DNA of 64,000 bases from Fidelibacterota bacterium (GTDB taxonomy: Bacteria > Fidelibacterota > UBA2242 > JAOZSR01): positions 8,981-72,980 of the forward strand of contig JAOZSR010000003.1 in assembly GCA_029939575.1 (NCBI GenBank), read 5' to 3'. Within the stretch, counting starts at the first letter, position 1. Every line of letters begins with the position of its first letter. This document shows, one piece after another, positions 41,693 through 50,792 of the stretch. Position numbers and translations under genes: made by a program. The notes under the pieces were generated by a model. The model was not told the DNA's origin. It saw only the letters and a list, made by a program, of their open reading frames with translations, and ran no database searches.

Positions 41693-42409
41693 TTATTCAA
41701 AATTTTCCCATTTGATCGTTTTTATATAATAGCTTACTTTATTCTCTTTCGGTATTTCTACAGAACATTCAAAAGGAAAAGAATCTCCGGGATTTATTGT
41801 ACAATCTGTTTGAACCCCGGTTTGGTACATATGGTAGGAACCTGAAACGAAAATAGAGTCAGTTGCCAGTACATTTGTATTTTCGTCAAATATTTCGAAT
41901 ATTATCCTTGGAAAATCGGCTCTTCGAATTCCTACATTTTTAAGTTTCCCGGTATATACTCTTTTATCTGGAAAGACCTGTTCAGTTACTGGCCCATCTA
42001 AAGTACATTTTGCCATAGGTTTTTCAGCTTTGCGCGAAATTTTAATATTTTTCTTTGAAATTGTTAATTGACCAATTTGAGTCATGACAATAATTTTGTC
42101 TAAGTCTTCATGAATGATTTTACCCTGGACAACTGTACCATTCTGTAAAATAATTTCATGGGTTATTTCAGGAATTTTTACCAGGCGGTTTATTTCTTCA
42201 CGAATGACCGGAACGGAACTTCTGACTTCAATTTCCCGCACGTCTTTTCTAAGTTTAGCCATCTCTTCCTGTAGTTCACTAATATTCTGTTCTATTTCAA
42301 AAAACTTATTTTTTATTAATGCTTTAGTCGAACTTTGAGTATATCCAAAATTAATAATCAGAAGCAATGTCATTATAAACATTTTTAAATTATTTTTCAT
42401 TTTTAACAC
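41693..42409 (-). CDS. Hypothetical secreted protein
   Basis: Signal peptide. No recognised motif. Overlaps the upstream gene by 20 nt, so the two are co-operonic. Confidence 0.45.
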   Translation of the reverse strand: MLKMKNNLKMFIMTLLLIINFGYTQSSTKALIKNKFFEIEQNISELQEEMAKLRKDVREIEVRSSVPVIREEINRLVKIPEITHEIILQNGTVVQGKIIHEDLDKIIVMTQIGQLTISKKNIKISRKAEKPMAKCTLDGPVTEQVFPDKRVYTGKLKNVGIRRADFPRIIFEIFDENTNVLATDSIFVSGSYHMYQTGVQTDCTINPGDSFPFECSVEIPKENKVSYYIKTIKWENFE

Positions 42410-43490
42410 CTACACTTTTTTGCGCCTGGAAAGCTCTTGCTCTTAGTTGGTTCAGAGAAATTTTGGTATCAAGTTCCAAAGCCATCTCACTCATTTCATC
42501 AAAAAGGACATAATTATCAGGATTTTCCATCATTGGTAATAATTTTTGAAAAATTTCCGGATCTTTGTATTGGATTAAAGCAGAAATGGCATCCTGCCTG
42601 ATTGTCAATGGAAGTTCATTATCCAGTGTAATGTCAATTAAAGCAGGAGCGATTTTTGGATCGGAATAATCTCCCAAAGCTTTTGTTAGCCCATGCATTA
42701 AGGTATAATATTCTTCTTTTCCTGAATTATAACTCTCTAACAATGCGAGAATTACGCGAGATTCTTTTACGTCCCCAATTGCTTCCAAAGCAAAATCCCT
42801 GATTTGTAATTGATCATCAGGATTATTTAACATTCCTATAAAAAACTCTGTAATCATAGGATGTTTTTTCTTGCCTAAAATTTCCATTGCCAGAGATCTT
42901 GTGCCCGGCTTAATTGTTCTGTCTTTTGCAATATTAATCAAAATAGGGATAACTTTATCATCTTTCATTGAGCCAAGTAACATTGTAAAAGAGTTTTGCA
43001 TAGCGATATAGTTTTCTTTTTCTATTTGATAAATTTTTAGAAGCTGGATTGCCTGCATTTCAATATTAGATTTTTCAATTTTCTCAAAAACTGTGGTCCT
43101 AAATTTTATGTATTTGTCTTGGGCAGTTGTTATTCCCTGGATTACAGCATCGGCTTTATCCGGATCCTGATTCTTCATTAACTCTGTTACTGTAGCTGTT
43201 AAAAGTGAATAATTCAATTCTGAACATTGCTTGACATAATCCTTCAGGGCTTCTTTGGCATCCGGATGTTCTGTTTTTGTCAGGGCTTTCATTGCTGCAA
43301 TTCTGGTGGCTGTTGGTTGTGACGGATCCTGGAAAACTGATATAATATCTTCCATAGTTTCCAATTTACCCTTGTTATAATCTACTCGTAATTCTTCTAC
43401 TTTTTCTTCGGTAACCAAGGGCTTTTGGCCTCCGCAGGAGAAAAATAGTACAAGCCCTATAAGGCAAAATATTTTTAAAAAGTTATTCAT
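42390..43490 (-). CDS. HEAT/PBS-lyase-type repeat lipoprotein
   Basis: Lipobox LVLFFSCGG. Repeated ~30-aa HEAT-like units (ATRIAAMKALTK, SLAMEILGKK, DFALEAIGDV, DAISALIQY). Confidence 0.5.
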   Translation of the reverse strand: MNNFLKIFCLIGLVLFFSCGGQKPLVTEEKVEELRVDYNKGKLETMEDIISVFQDPSQPTATRIAAMKALTKTEHPDAKEALKDYVKQCSELNYSLLTATVTELMKNQDPDKADAVIQGITTAQDKYIKFRTTVFEKIEKSNIEMQAIQLLKIYQIEKENYIAMQNSFTMLLGSMKDDKVIPILINIAKDRTIKPGTRSLAMEILGKKKHPMITEFFIGMLNNPDDQLQIRDFALEAIGDVKESRVILALLESYNSGKEEYYTLMHGLTKALGDYSDPKIAPALIDITLDNELPLTIRQDAISALIQYKDPEIFQKLLPMMENPDNYVLFDEMSEMALELDTKISLNQLRARAFQAQKSVGVKNEK

Positions 43491-43645
43491 ATATACCCTC
43501 TTTATCTAATACTGTTAATTTTATAATACTTATCCTCTATGTCAAGTAAAAAACTGAGCAAATTACTAATGATTAAATTAAAGTTACTATTCTTTGTACT
43601 CAAAAGTTTAGAAATGTTTCAGGAAAATATATAATTATACAAGTT

Positions 43646-44386
43646 TTATTTTCCATCTTTCCAATAGCAAAGTGAAATATCATTTTTTTCATAGACAGCA
43701 AAAGTAAAGAACTCCATCCAATCACCAAGATTTAAAAATACATTATTTTGATCTCTGAAATCTGTAGGATTATGAAAATGTCCTGTAATTACATATTTAT
43801 ACCCTTCCAGAAATTTCTTTTTGCCAAACTCAATTACTTCCTGTTGCTCAGATTCACTAATTCGCCCGACACTATTTCCCCTGCTTTTTGATGAAACAGC
43901 CCGGGCAATCCGAAAAGAAAAATCCGGATGTAGTATTTTAAATAAAAAGATACAAATTCTATTTCGAAGTATTTTTTTCAATATCCGATAACCAAAATCT
44001 TTTCTTTTTAATAATCCATCACCGTGTAAAATAAAAACTTTTTTATTGTCAAATTCTGTACTTAGTGGTTCATAATGTATTTTGATATCGAGATCCCTGG
44101 TAAAGAAATCATACATCCAATAATCATGATTCCCAACAATAATATGTATATCACAGCCTTTTCTCCGCGTCTTTTGTAGTTCATGAATCACATCCAGAAA
44201 ATGGCGAGGGATTACAAAGTTATATTCAAACCAAAAATCAAAAAGATCACCAACAATATAAAGATCGGCCTGGTCCTGACGTACCCTTTCAAGAAACTTA
44301 AAAAATCTTTTTTTCTTTATATCTTCATCAGGAGAATTATGTAAATGAAAATGAATATCAGAAATAAAATATATTTTTTTTGTCAT
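43646..44386 (-). CDS. lpxH: UDP-2,3-diacylglucosamine diphosphatase LpxH-like metallophosphoesterase
   Basis: ISDIHF...LYIVGDLFDFW...IVGNHDYW...LHGDG...GHFH calcineurin-like motifs in LpxH order. Confidence 0.6.
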   Translation of the reverse strand: MTKKIYFISDIHFHLHNSPDEDIKKKRFFKFLERVRQDQADLYIVGDLFDFWFEYNFVIPRHFLDVIHELQKTRRKGCDIHIIVGNHDYWMYDFFTRDLDIKIHYEPLSTEFDNKKVFILHGDGLLKRKDFGYRILKKILRNRICIFLFKILHPDFSFRIARAVSSKSRGNSVGRISESEQQEVIEFGKKKFLEGYKYVITGHFHNPTDFRDQNNVFLNLGDWMEFFTFAVYEKNDISLCYWKDGK

Positions 44387-44709
44387 ATTTAAACTATCTC
44401 TATTTAAAACTTTCCTAAACTCATATTATAATAAGAAGTATCTTAATATAAAGGAAAAACAAGACATTTGAAATAGATAAAAATAAAATTACCCTTCAGA
44501 AGGGTGTTTTTGTTCCATTTCCAATAATTGATAATATTATATAGGTAAAGTCAAAATAATTTATAAAAAATGAGAACCAAAAAATCCATATTATAATTCT
44601 CTCTCGATATAAAAAATTAATAATTAATTTGATGGCATTAATTTTGTCTTATTCAAAACTATCTTTATTTTTTGATAATTTATTAACATACCTAATCAGG
44701 AGAAAAAAT

Positions 44710-45783
44710 ATGAAATCAGAAACTGTATTAGTGATTAATCCCGGTTCGACTTCAACAAAACTTGGTCTTTTTAACCGAGACGGAGAAATTTTTATTGAAA
44801 ACGTGGATCATTCAGGTACTGAGATTAGTCAAATGCACTCTATAAAAGATCAGCTTCCCTTAAGATTGGAGATAATTAATAAAATTATTAGGCCGTGGTT
44901 GGAAAAATATAAACTCGTGGCTGTAGTCGGCAGAGGTGGGCTTTTGGGACCGATTGAAAGTGGTGTTTATATAGTCAATAAAGATATTATGGATATTACA
45001 ATTAACTGTACCTATGCCAGTCACGCCAGCAATCTTGGGGCTTCTATTGCCAATGGAATTGCTAAAGAGTATAATATTTCTGCATATATTGTTGATCCTG
45101 TCACTGTAGATGAATTTATTCCTGAAGCCCGTATTTCCGGAATACCTGACTACGAACGCAGATCCCGTTTGCATGCATTAAATATTAATGCCTGTGTCAG
45201 AAAAGCAGCTGAAAAAATGGGTAAAGAAGTTAAAGATTTGAATTTTGTAGTTGCTCATATGGGAGGAGGAGTTTCTATCGCTGCTATTCGTGGTGGAAGA
45301 ATTATTGATTGTAATGATGCTTTAATGGGAATGGGACCTTTTTCACCTGAACGTGCTGGTGCCTTGCCACTGGAAGGCCTGGTAAAACTGGCTCTATCCG
45401 GTAAATATACATTTGAAGATATGGCAAGAAAACTCACTAAAAACAGTGGAGTCAAAGGATACCTGGGAACAAGCAATATGCTCGAAGTAGAGCAGCGTAT
45501 AGATAAAGGAGATAAAAAAGCTGAATTAATATTTTATGCTATGGCCTATCAGATTAGCAAAGAAATCGGAGCTATGGCAACAACTTTGAAAGGTAAAGTT
45601 GATGGAATAATTCTCACAGGTGGTCAGGCTCACTCAAAAAAACTGCTCACTTATTTCAAAAAAAGTGTTGGATTTATTGCTGATACTATTGTATTTCCCG
45701 GTGAGAATGAATTAGAATCACTTGCTGCCGGTGGCTTTATGGCAGTTGATAAAAAGACAGAAATTAAAATTTATAAAAAATGA
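44710..45783 (+). CDS. buk: Butyrate kinase (acetate/butyrate kinase family)
   Basis: RBS AGGAG 8 nt upstream of the ATG at 44710. VLVINPGSTSTKLGLF N-terminus. VAHMGGGVSIAAI. Confidence 0.75.
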   Translation: MKSETVLVINPGSTSTKLGLFNRDGEIFIENVDHSGTEISQMHSIKDQLPLRLEIINKIIRPWLEKYKLVAVVGRGGLLGPIESGVYIVNKDIMDITINCTYASHASNLGASIANGIAKEYNISAYIVDPVTVDEFIPEARISGIPDYERRSRLHALNINACVRKAAEKMGKEVKDLNFVVAHMGGGVSIAAIRGGRIIDCNDALMGMGPFSPERAGALPLEGLVKLALSGKYTFEDMARKLTKNSGVKGYLGTSNMLEVEQRIDKGDKKAELIFYAMAYQISKEIGAMATTLKGKVDGIILTGGQAHSKKLLTYFKKSVGFIADTIVFPGENELESLAAGGFMAVDKKTEIKIYKK

Positions 45784-46691
45784 GGATAATAATGCTAAAA
45801 TCATTTCAGGATATTCAGAATGCTGTAATTAATTCGGAAAAAAAGAAGACTATTTCTATAGCAATGGCTGACGATTTAAGTGTATTAGAAGCGGCAAAAG
45901 TAGTTGAAGAAAGAGGTATTGCTAATTTTTTATTGGTTGGTAATCGCATGAAAATTAAAGAAATATCCCGTGTGGTTGGTTATAATATTAAAGAAGATAA
46001 TATTGTAGAAGCTGAAACTGCAGAAGAGATTGCAGCCAAATCTGTTGAACTGGTTAATGATGGCAAGGCAGATATTTTAATGAAAGGTCATATTTCGACT
46101 CCAATACTTATGAAAGCCGTTCTCAATAAAGAAAAAGGGCTTCGAACCGGCGAAGTGCTCAGCCATGTTGCAGCTGTTGAAGTAGACAGTTATCATAAAT
46201 TAATGCTTGTTGGAGATGGTGGGATTAATATTCTACCAGATCTGGAAACAAAAGCCTCTATTTTGAGAAATATTCTTAATGTTGCAGCCAAACTCAAGAT
46301 AGATGTGCCCAAAATTGGGTTATTATGTCCGATTGAAAAAGTAAACCCTAAAATAGTTGAAACTGTTGACGCAGATGCTTTGGAAAAAATGGCAGGACAG
46401 GGTGAGTTTGGCAATTGTATTATTGAGGGGCCAATAGCAATGGATGTTGCTTTAAATGAAAGTGCCGCTCAAAGGAAAGATATAAAAAGTAAAATATCCG
46501 GAGATACAGATGGTTTTTTGGTACCAAACATTTCAACGGGAAATGCGGTGATCAAAAGTTTGATCTTTCTGGCAAATGCAAAAGTTGGGGGGTTGGTATT
46601 AGGAGCTAAAGTACCGATCATTTTACTATCCAGATCAGACGATCCGGCTCAAAAATTTTATTCAATTATACTGGCTATCCAGGCAAGTTAG
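45780..46691 (+). CDS. ptb: Phosphate butyryltransferase/phosphotransacetylase-family enzyme
   Basis: Pta/Ptb fold (ADILMKGHISTP...MLVGDGGINILPD...GPIAMDVAL...ILLSRSDD). Overlaps the buk stop by 4 nt. Confidence 0.75.
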   Translation: MRIIMLKSFQDIQNAVINSEKKKTISIAMADDLSVLEAAKVVEERGIANFLLVGNRMKIKEISRVVGYNIKEDNIVEAETAEEIAAKSVELVNDGKADILMKGHISTPILMKAVLNKEKGLRTGEVLSHVAAVEVDSYHKLMLVGDGGINILPDLETKASILRNILNVAAKLKIDVPKIGLLCPIEKVNPKIVETVDADALEKMAGQGEFGNCIIEGPIAMDVALNESAAQRKDIKSKISGDTDGFLVPNISTGNAVIKSLIFLANAKVGGLVLGAKVPIILLSRSDDPAQKFYSIILAIQAS

Positions 46692-46776
46692 AAGATAATA
46701 TTAAAACTCTTTATAGGGTATGAATTTACAATCTTACTTCAAAGAGATAAGGGTGTTCCAGCCTGATTAATCAAAT

Positions 46777-47460
46777 TTATTTTACAGGAAAATTAAAATA
46801 GGTTTTGGGAAAGGGTTCATCTCTTAGGGTAAAATGCCACCATTCCTCGCTATAGTTGTTGAATCCATATTTATTCATCAATGTCTGTAAAAGCATTCTG
46901 TGAGACCGTTGTTCCATACTTAAATTTTTCGGAGTATGAATCTGGGACAACTTTCCAAAATAATCAAAATCTGATCCCATATCCAATTTTTTTCCATTCT
47001 TTATATTAATAATGGTAAGATCTACTGTGCTTCCTCTTGTATGGCTTGATTTGAGAGCAATGTACCCCTCTTTGAACAGATTTTTTTTATCTACTGTTGG
47101 ATAAAACTCTGATTTTGTTAAAGTGTCATCCAATACTTTTGCCCATCTAACAAAATGATCAACTGCTTTCTGGGGACGATAGGAATCATAAACTTTAATT
47201 CCAAGTCCATAGGAATTTAGTTCTTTCTGTAAATTTTTTAATGCCATGGCTGCTTTTTTTGAGATAATAGATCTGTTTCCTTCATATCCATCAACACGAA
47301 CACCCAAAAAATTATGATTTGTATAATATCTTAATTCCAGTGTCATATTTGGTATAAATTCATCTAAATAAACAAATCCTTCAGGTAAATTCGAGGCAAA
47401 TATGAATTGACCAATCAATAATAAAATTATGATCTGAAAAGTTTTTTGTCTGGCAGGCAT
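46777..47460 (-). CDS. M15-family D-alanyl-D-alanine dipeptidase (VanX/DdpX-like), secreted
   Basis: SYRPQKAVDHF, HTRGSTVDLTI, EWWHF. I place the start at the MPARQK Met (47460), with AAGAGGG 5 nt upstream and a signal peptide after it. Confidence 0.65.
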   Translation of the reverse strand: MPARQKTFQIIILLLIGQFIFASNLPEGFVYLDEFIPNMTLELRYYTNHNFLGVRVDGYEGNRSIISKKAAMALKNLQKELNSYGLGIKVYDSYRPQKAVDHFVRWAKVLDDTLTKSEFYPTVDKKNLFKEGYIALKSSHTRGSTVDLTIINIKNGKKLDMGSDFDYFGKLSQIHTPKNLSMEQRSHRMLLQTLMNKYGFNNYSEEWWHFTLRDEPFPKTYFNFPVK

Positions 47461-47553
47461 AGGACCCTCTTTTTTATTTATAATTTTATTCAATGCCAAA
47501 AACCACAATGTTAGCACATTACCCAAATTACATATAGCCTTTGTTAGGCAAAG

Positions 47554-48597
47554 TTATTCATTCAGCAAACCATTTAAATCGCTAAATCTTTGTGAGTTAT
47601 ACTTACCATTTTTAAAAATTTCTTTTCTGTAAATTCGTTTTAGTTTAGTATCATCTTCAATTATTGAATTTATCTTATCATCATTTTCGATAAGACTTAA
47701 TTCTGAAATTAAATTCCAATTTGTTAATATTTCCTTTTTTGTCAACAATTCTGTTTCTGAATTGATTAATTTATTATAGTCAGCCTTGAATGTTGGTTTA
47801 GCAATAGAGTTAATTATTTCTAAAATTTGCTGCATTGTATTTTCTTCTGATGATAAAAAATTCCATAATTCTTCCGAAAGCAAAACTTCCGAATAATCAT
47901 AATACTTTTTACCATCAATTATGGAGCCTAAAAATCTATCTTTATCAAATGAAGTTGAATTATTACTTGTAGGGTCAAAAGGGAACCCAATATAAAATTC
48001 AATAGTCTTATTTGAAAATGTGTGGTACAATGCAGATTTACCTTCTAAAATCTTTTGTTTTTCACCTCGCATCTCACCAGCATTGGGTTTTACAGATTTT
48101 AATTCGACACACATTATTTTATCATCATCCTCAATATATACATCAGCAGTAAAACTATTTGCTTCAATTTCATCACCTTCACTAATAAAAAGAAGTTCAT
48201 TCTCTGTTTCTAAATTTGGAGTGTTGTTACTGTTTTTCAAATCAGTTATAATATTTGCAATATTGTCTTTTTGTTGCTTTGTTATTTTTAAAAGAGAATT
48301 ATTTTTCTTTGTGAAATCCTTTTTTTGCCCATCAGATAAGATATGTGCCACTTCTTCAAAAAAGGACTGCCCAAGTGTTGTATTTAAACCGTGTAACCAA
48401 CTACTTAATGAGATGAAAAATGGAATATCCGAAACTTTTCCTTCGAACTTGTCTGTAAAAGCATTTAAAAATGCTTCGTGGAAAGGTGCATTTCTATTGC
48501 TATCTGAATTTTCCGGAAAATTCTCAAATCTTGAATAAAGTATTTTGATTACTTCTCTTGAAATTAGTTCTTTCTTTCTGTTTGAAATTGCCATCAT
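47554..48597 (-). CDS. Putative type II restriction endonuclease (PD-(D/E)xK-like), partner of the adjacent methyltransferase
   Basis: ATGA overlap with the methyltransferase gene. Candidate catalytic motif D...VELK within ADVYIEDDDKIMCVELKSVKP. No similarity to housekeeping proteins. Confidence 0.45.
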   Translation of the reverse strand: MMAISNRKKELISREVIKILYSRFENFPENSDSNRNAPFHEAFLNAFTDKFEGKVSDIPFFISLSSWLHGLNTTLGQSFFEEVAHILSDGQKKDFTKKNNSLLKITKQQKDNIANIITDLKNSNNTPNLETENELLFISEGDEIEANSFTADVYIEDDDKIMCVELKSVKPNAGEMRGEKQKILEGKSALYHTFSNKTIEFYIGFPFDPTSNNSTSFDKDRFLGSIIDGKKYYDYSEVLLSEELWNFLSSEENTMQQILEIINSIAKPTFKADYNKLINSETELLTKKEILTNWNLISELSLIENDDKINSIIEDDTKLKRIYRKEIFKNGKYNSQRFSDLNGLLNE

Positions 48598-50171
48598 TTT
48601 TCCTTTAAATGAAATATTATTTCAGCATAAGCTGATTTATTTTTTTCAGTTCTATTCAAAACAGGTCTTTTATATTGATTCACGATTTTCATTCCAGATT
48701 TTTCGGCAATAGATGGATATATATTGTATTTATCATTTGCTACAAGAAAGATGTCGTAATCTTCTTGAAGATATTTTTTTGAATTATTTAGCACTTGTGC
48801 AATTCCTTCAATATATGAATTCCTTGCTTCTCGCCCTTGCCCCTTATAAAGAGGTCCGATTTCAAATTCATCATTTCGCTTAAAACCAAATAAATCATAT
48901 GCATAAGCGTGTTGCTCGTGATAATCAATTAATCCAACATATGGTGGACTTGAAAATATACCTTTAATTTTTTGCCTTTTAACTAATTGTGCAAATTCAA
49001 AATGATTAATTTCAAGTTGTGAAATAATATTAATATTTCTTGCATCACCTTGTAAACAGACTTGATTTGTATTTGTTCGCAGATTTTCAAATTCAGACAA
49101 ACGCTTAACGGTATCTTTACTATATCTTTCCCACCAAGACAATATTGAGAATAAAGGTTTACAAATTTTACCGTGTTTCCTACAATAATATGTTTTTGTT
49201 ACTGGTTCTTTTAAAGTTGCTAAATCAGCGTGAGTAGTTGCTCTGCAAGAACGAATAGTCCTACTTAAAATTATAGTAATTATTTTTTTTGTAGTTGGAT
49301 GTTTTACTTTTTTTAATTGTTCAAATGTAAAATCAATTTCGTTTTTAACTGGTTCGAGATACCATTTTTCAAGAAAATTACTTGATTTATCTTGTTTTAG
49401 TTTAAGGTCATATTTTTTTCGAAGTTTTTCAAAAGTTTCAAAGAATTCATTTTCTTTTTGTGGTGTGTATTCTCTCTCTATTATTTCTTTCTTACGAATT
49501 TTTACTTTATATTCAGGTGATGGAAAATACCTTTTATTAAAAACATTTAATTCTTCAAGCAACTCATTTTCAAATTGAGCATTTCTATTTTGAGAAATAT
49601 ATTTTTTTAATGAATTTGTAATTCGTTTTAATTCATTATTTAAGTCCTGAAAATCAACTTTTCCTACTTTTACATTTGCAATAAGAGAATTAAATGCAGA
49701 AATATCAATTCCTATTGCGTTCATACCTAATTCATTTGCTTGAACCATTGTTGTTCCACTTCCAGAAAATGGATCAAGAATAATATCGCCTTTATTAAAG
49801 TATGTTTCTTTCTTGAAATTATCTGTATGGTTATCAATAAAATATTCAACTAATTGTGGAATAAATTTACCTTTGTATGGGTGTAGTCTATGTATATGTT
49901 TTGTAGTATCTTTTTCTTTTAAATTATCGAATGATAATGCCCAGTTTAAGTCATTCCCTAATTTTTCTCGCCAATCAGTTTCACGCTGTCCATTAAAACT
50001 TTTATAGTAAGTAATCAATTCATATTTGTTTACGGCAGTTGTCCCATTATCTCCATATTTCTTAACTTTTCCATATTGAATTAGATATGAAATATTTGAA
50101 GGAGTAACATTTTTATTCAAATGGTTACTTGCCCACAAACTTGCTTCTTTTATCGACAATAATTCTGTCAT
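48594..50171 (-). CDS. Type II DNA methyltransferase (N6-adenine or N4-cytosine class, PF01555-like)
   Basis: Motif X/I (RLHPYKGKFIPQLVEYFI...ILDPFSGSGTTMV). Motif IV SPPY (IFSSPPYVGLIDY) about 270 aa downstream. The start at 50171 (MTELLS) has AAGGAT 6 nt upstream. Confidence 0.75.
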   Translation of the reverse strand: MTELLSIKEASLWASNHLNKNVTPSNISYLIQYGKVKKYGDNGTTAVNKYELITYYKSFNGQRETDWREKLGNDLNWALSFDNLKEKDTTKHIHRLHPYKGKFIPQLVEYFIDNHTDNFKKETYFNKGDIILDPFSGSGTTMVQANELGMNAIGIDISAFNSLIANVKVGKVDFQDLNNELKRITNSLKKYISQNRNAQFENELLEELNVFNKRYFPSPEYKVKIRKKEIIEREYTPQKENEFFETFEKLRKKYDLKLKQDKSSNFLEKWYLEPVKNEIDFTFEQLKKVKHPTTKKIITIILSRTIRSCRATTHADLATLKEPVTKTYYCRKHGKICKPLFSILSWWERYSKDTVKRLSEFENLRTNTNQVCLQGDARNINIISQLEINHFEFAQLVKRQKIKGIFSSPPYVGLIDYHEQHAYAYDLFGFKRNDEFEIGPLYKGQGREARNSYIEGIAQVLNNSKKYLQEDYDIFLVANDKYNIYPSIAEKSGMKIVNQYKRPVLNRTEKNKSAYAEIIFHLKEK

Positions 50172-50485
50172 ATTTATCCTTCTATTTATACAACAAAAAT
50201 ACAATCATTTTTTCTTGTTGCCTAAACTATTTTTTAACATCTTACATCTGCCCTAATTGTGCCCAATAAAAGAAATATCGGGAAGTAATAAATCGAATTG
50301 TCGCATAATGTAGAAAACCCAGTATATTATATTTTAAAATTACAATATTAAGAAATTTCTACTGTTGTAATAAACTAAATATATCAATTAAAACAAACAA
50401 AAACTATATTTCTATTTGCTCCTGTTAGTATGTTGTTGGTGATGATATAGAAATATTTCATTATAGTTAATTAATTGATGAACAA

Positions 50486-50761
50486 TTAACCAAATTGATA
50501 ATGTTTACGAACATCTTTTTTAATTTTCCAGGTACATGACATTCCCGAAGGAAAAGTGACTAAATCACCTTGTCCCATTTCTACTTCTTCTCCTGTTTCT
50601 GTTACAACCACAACTTCTCCTTTAAGGAAGTAGCAGGTTTCTTCTTCAGAATAAGTCCAGGGGAAAGTAGATGCTTCTTTTTCCCATATTGGCCAGTTAA
50701 AAATACCAAGTTCGTCTAATTTTTTCTGCTCAGGATTTTTTGTAATTTTAATTTTTTCCAT
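50486..50761 (-). CDS. Small cupin-fold protein (Cupin_3/DUF861-like)
   Basis: 92 aa from MEKIKITKN (GAGGAG upstream). ETCYFLKGEVVVVTETGEEVEMGQGDLVTFPSGMSCTW. Confidence 0.55.
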   Translation of the reverse strand: MEKIKITKNPEQKKLDELGIFNWPIWEKEASTFPWTYSEEETCYFLKGEVVVVTETGEEVEMGQGDLVTFPSGMSCTWKIKKDVRKHYQFG

Positions 50762-50792
50762 TTTTCTCCTCAAATTATTTTGAGTTTTCTGA

